Assembly: GCF_001194135.2 (NCBI RefSeq)
Contig: NC_068987.1
Coordinates: 107,686,747 to 107,719,574 of the forward strand
DNA from: Octopus bimaculoides
Lineage: Eukaryota
Direction: 5' to 3'
DNA: 32,828 bases
Shown here piece by piece: positions 32,823-32,828 of this stretch (the first letter of the stretch is position 1; each line of letters opens with the position of its first letter). The position numbers and the translations under genes are program-made. Under the pieces are notes generated by a model. That model had not been told where the DNA came from. It saw only the letters and a program-made list of their open reading frames with translations, and made no database searches.

Positions 32823-32828
32823 TATATA

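Overview
AT-rich, microsatellite-dense animal DNA with five N-gaps (6013-6758, 8601-9194, 17554-18542, 21437-21587, 29467-29825), each flanked by simple repeats as in a short-read draft assembly. The tRNA-derived SINE families look like those I recognise from Octopus (cephalopod) genomes; this is an inference from memory, not a database result. Repeats dominate: about a dozen SINE copies from three families, a decayed Tc1-type transposase, a decayed R4/Dong-type (RLE) LINE and a near-complete Helentron-associated non-autonomous element (HINE). No intact protein-coding gene can be named. Several candidate minus-strand exons have good splice sites, and some chain in compatible phase. The most notable signal is a small repeat present twice (8476-8568 and 21349-21423) that carries a type-I hammerhead ribozyme. 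Copy 1 has the full CUGACGA...GAAA core. Copy 2 keeps the 3' half with the canonical GUC cleavage triplet. Both copies end next to a TA-repeat and an assembly gap. Further degenerate hammerhead-like motifs occur at 333-370, 1998-2046 and 22274-22306. Most ORFs in the supplied track are artefacts of microsatellites or N-runs.
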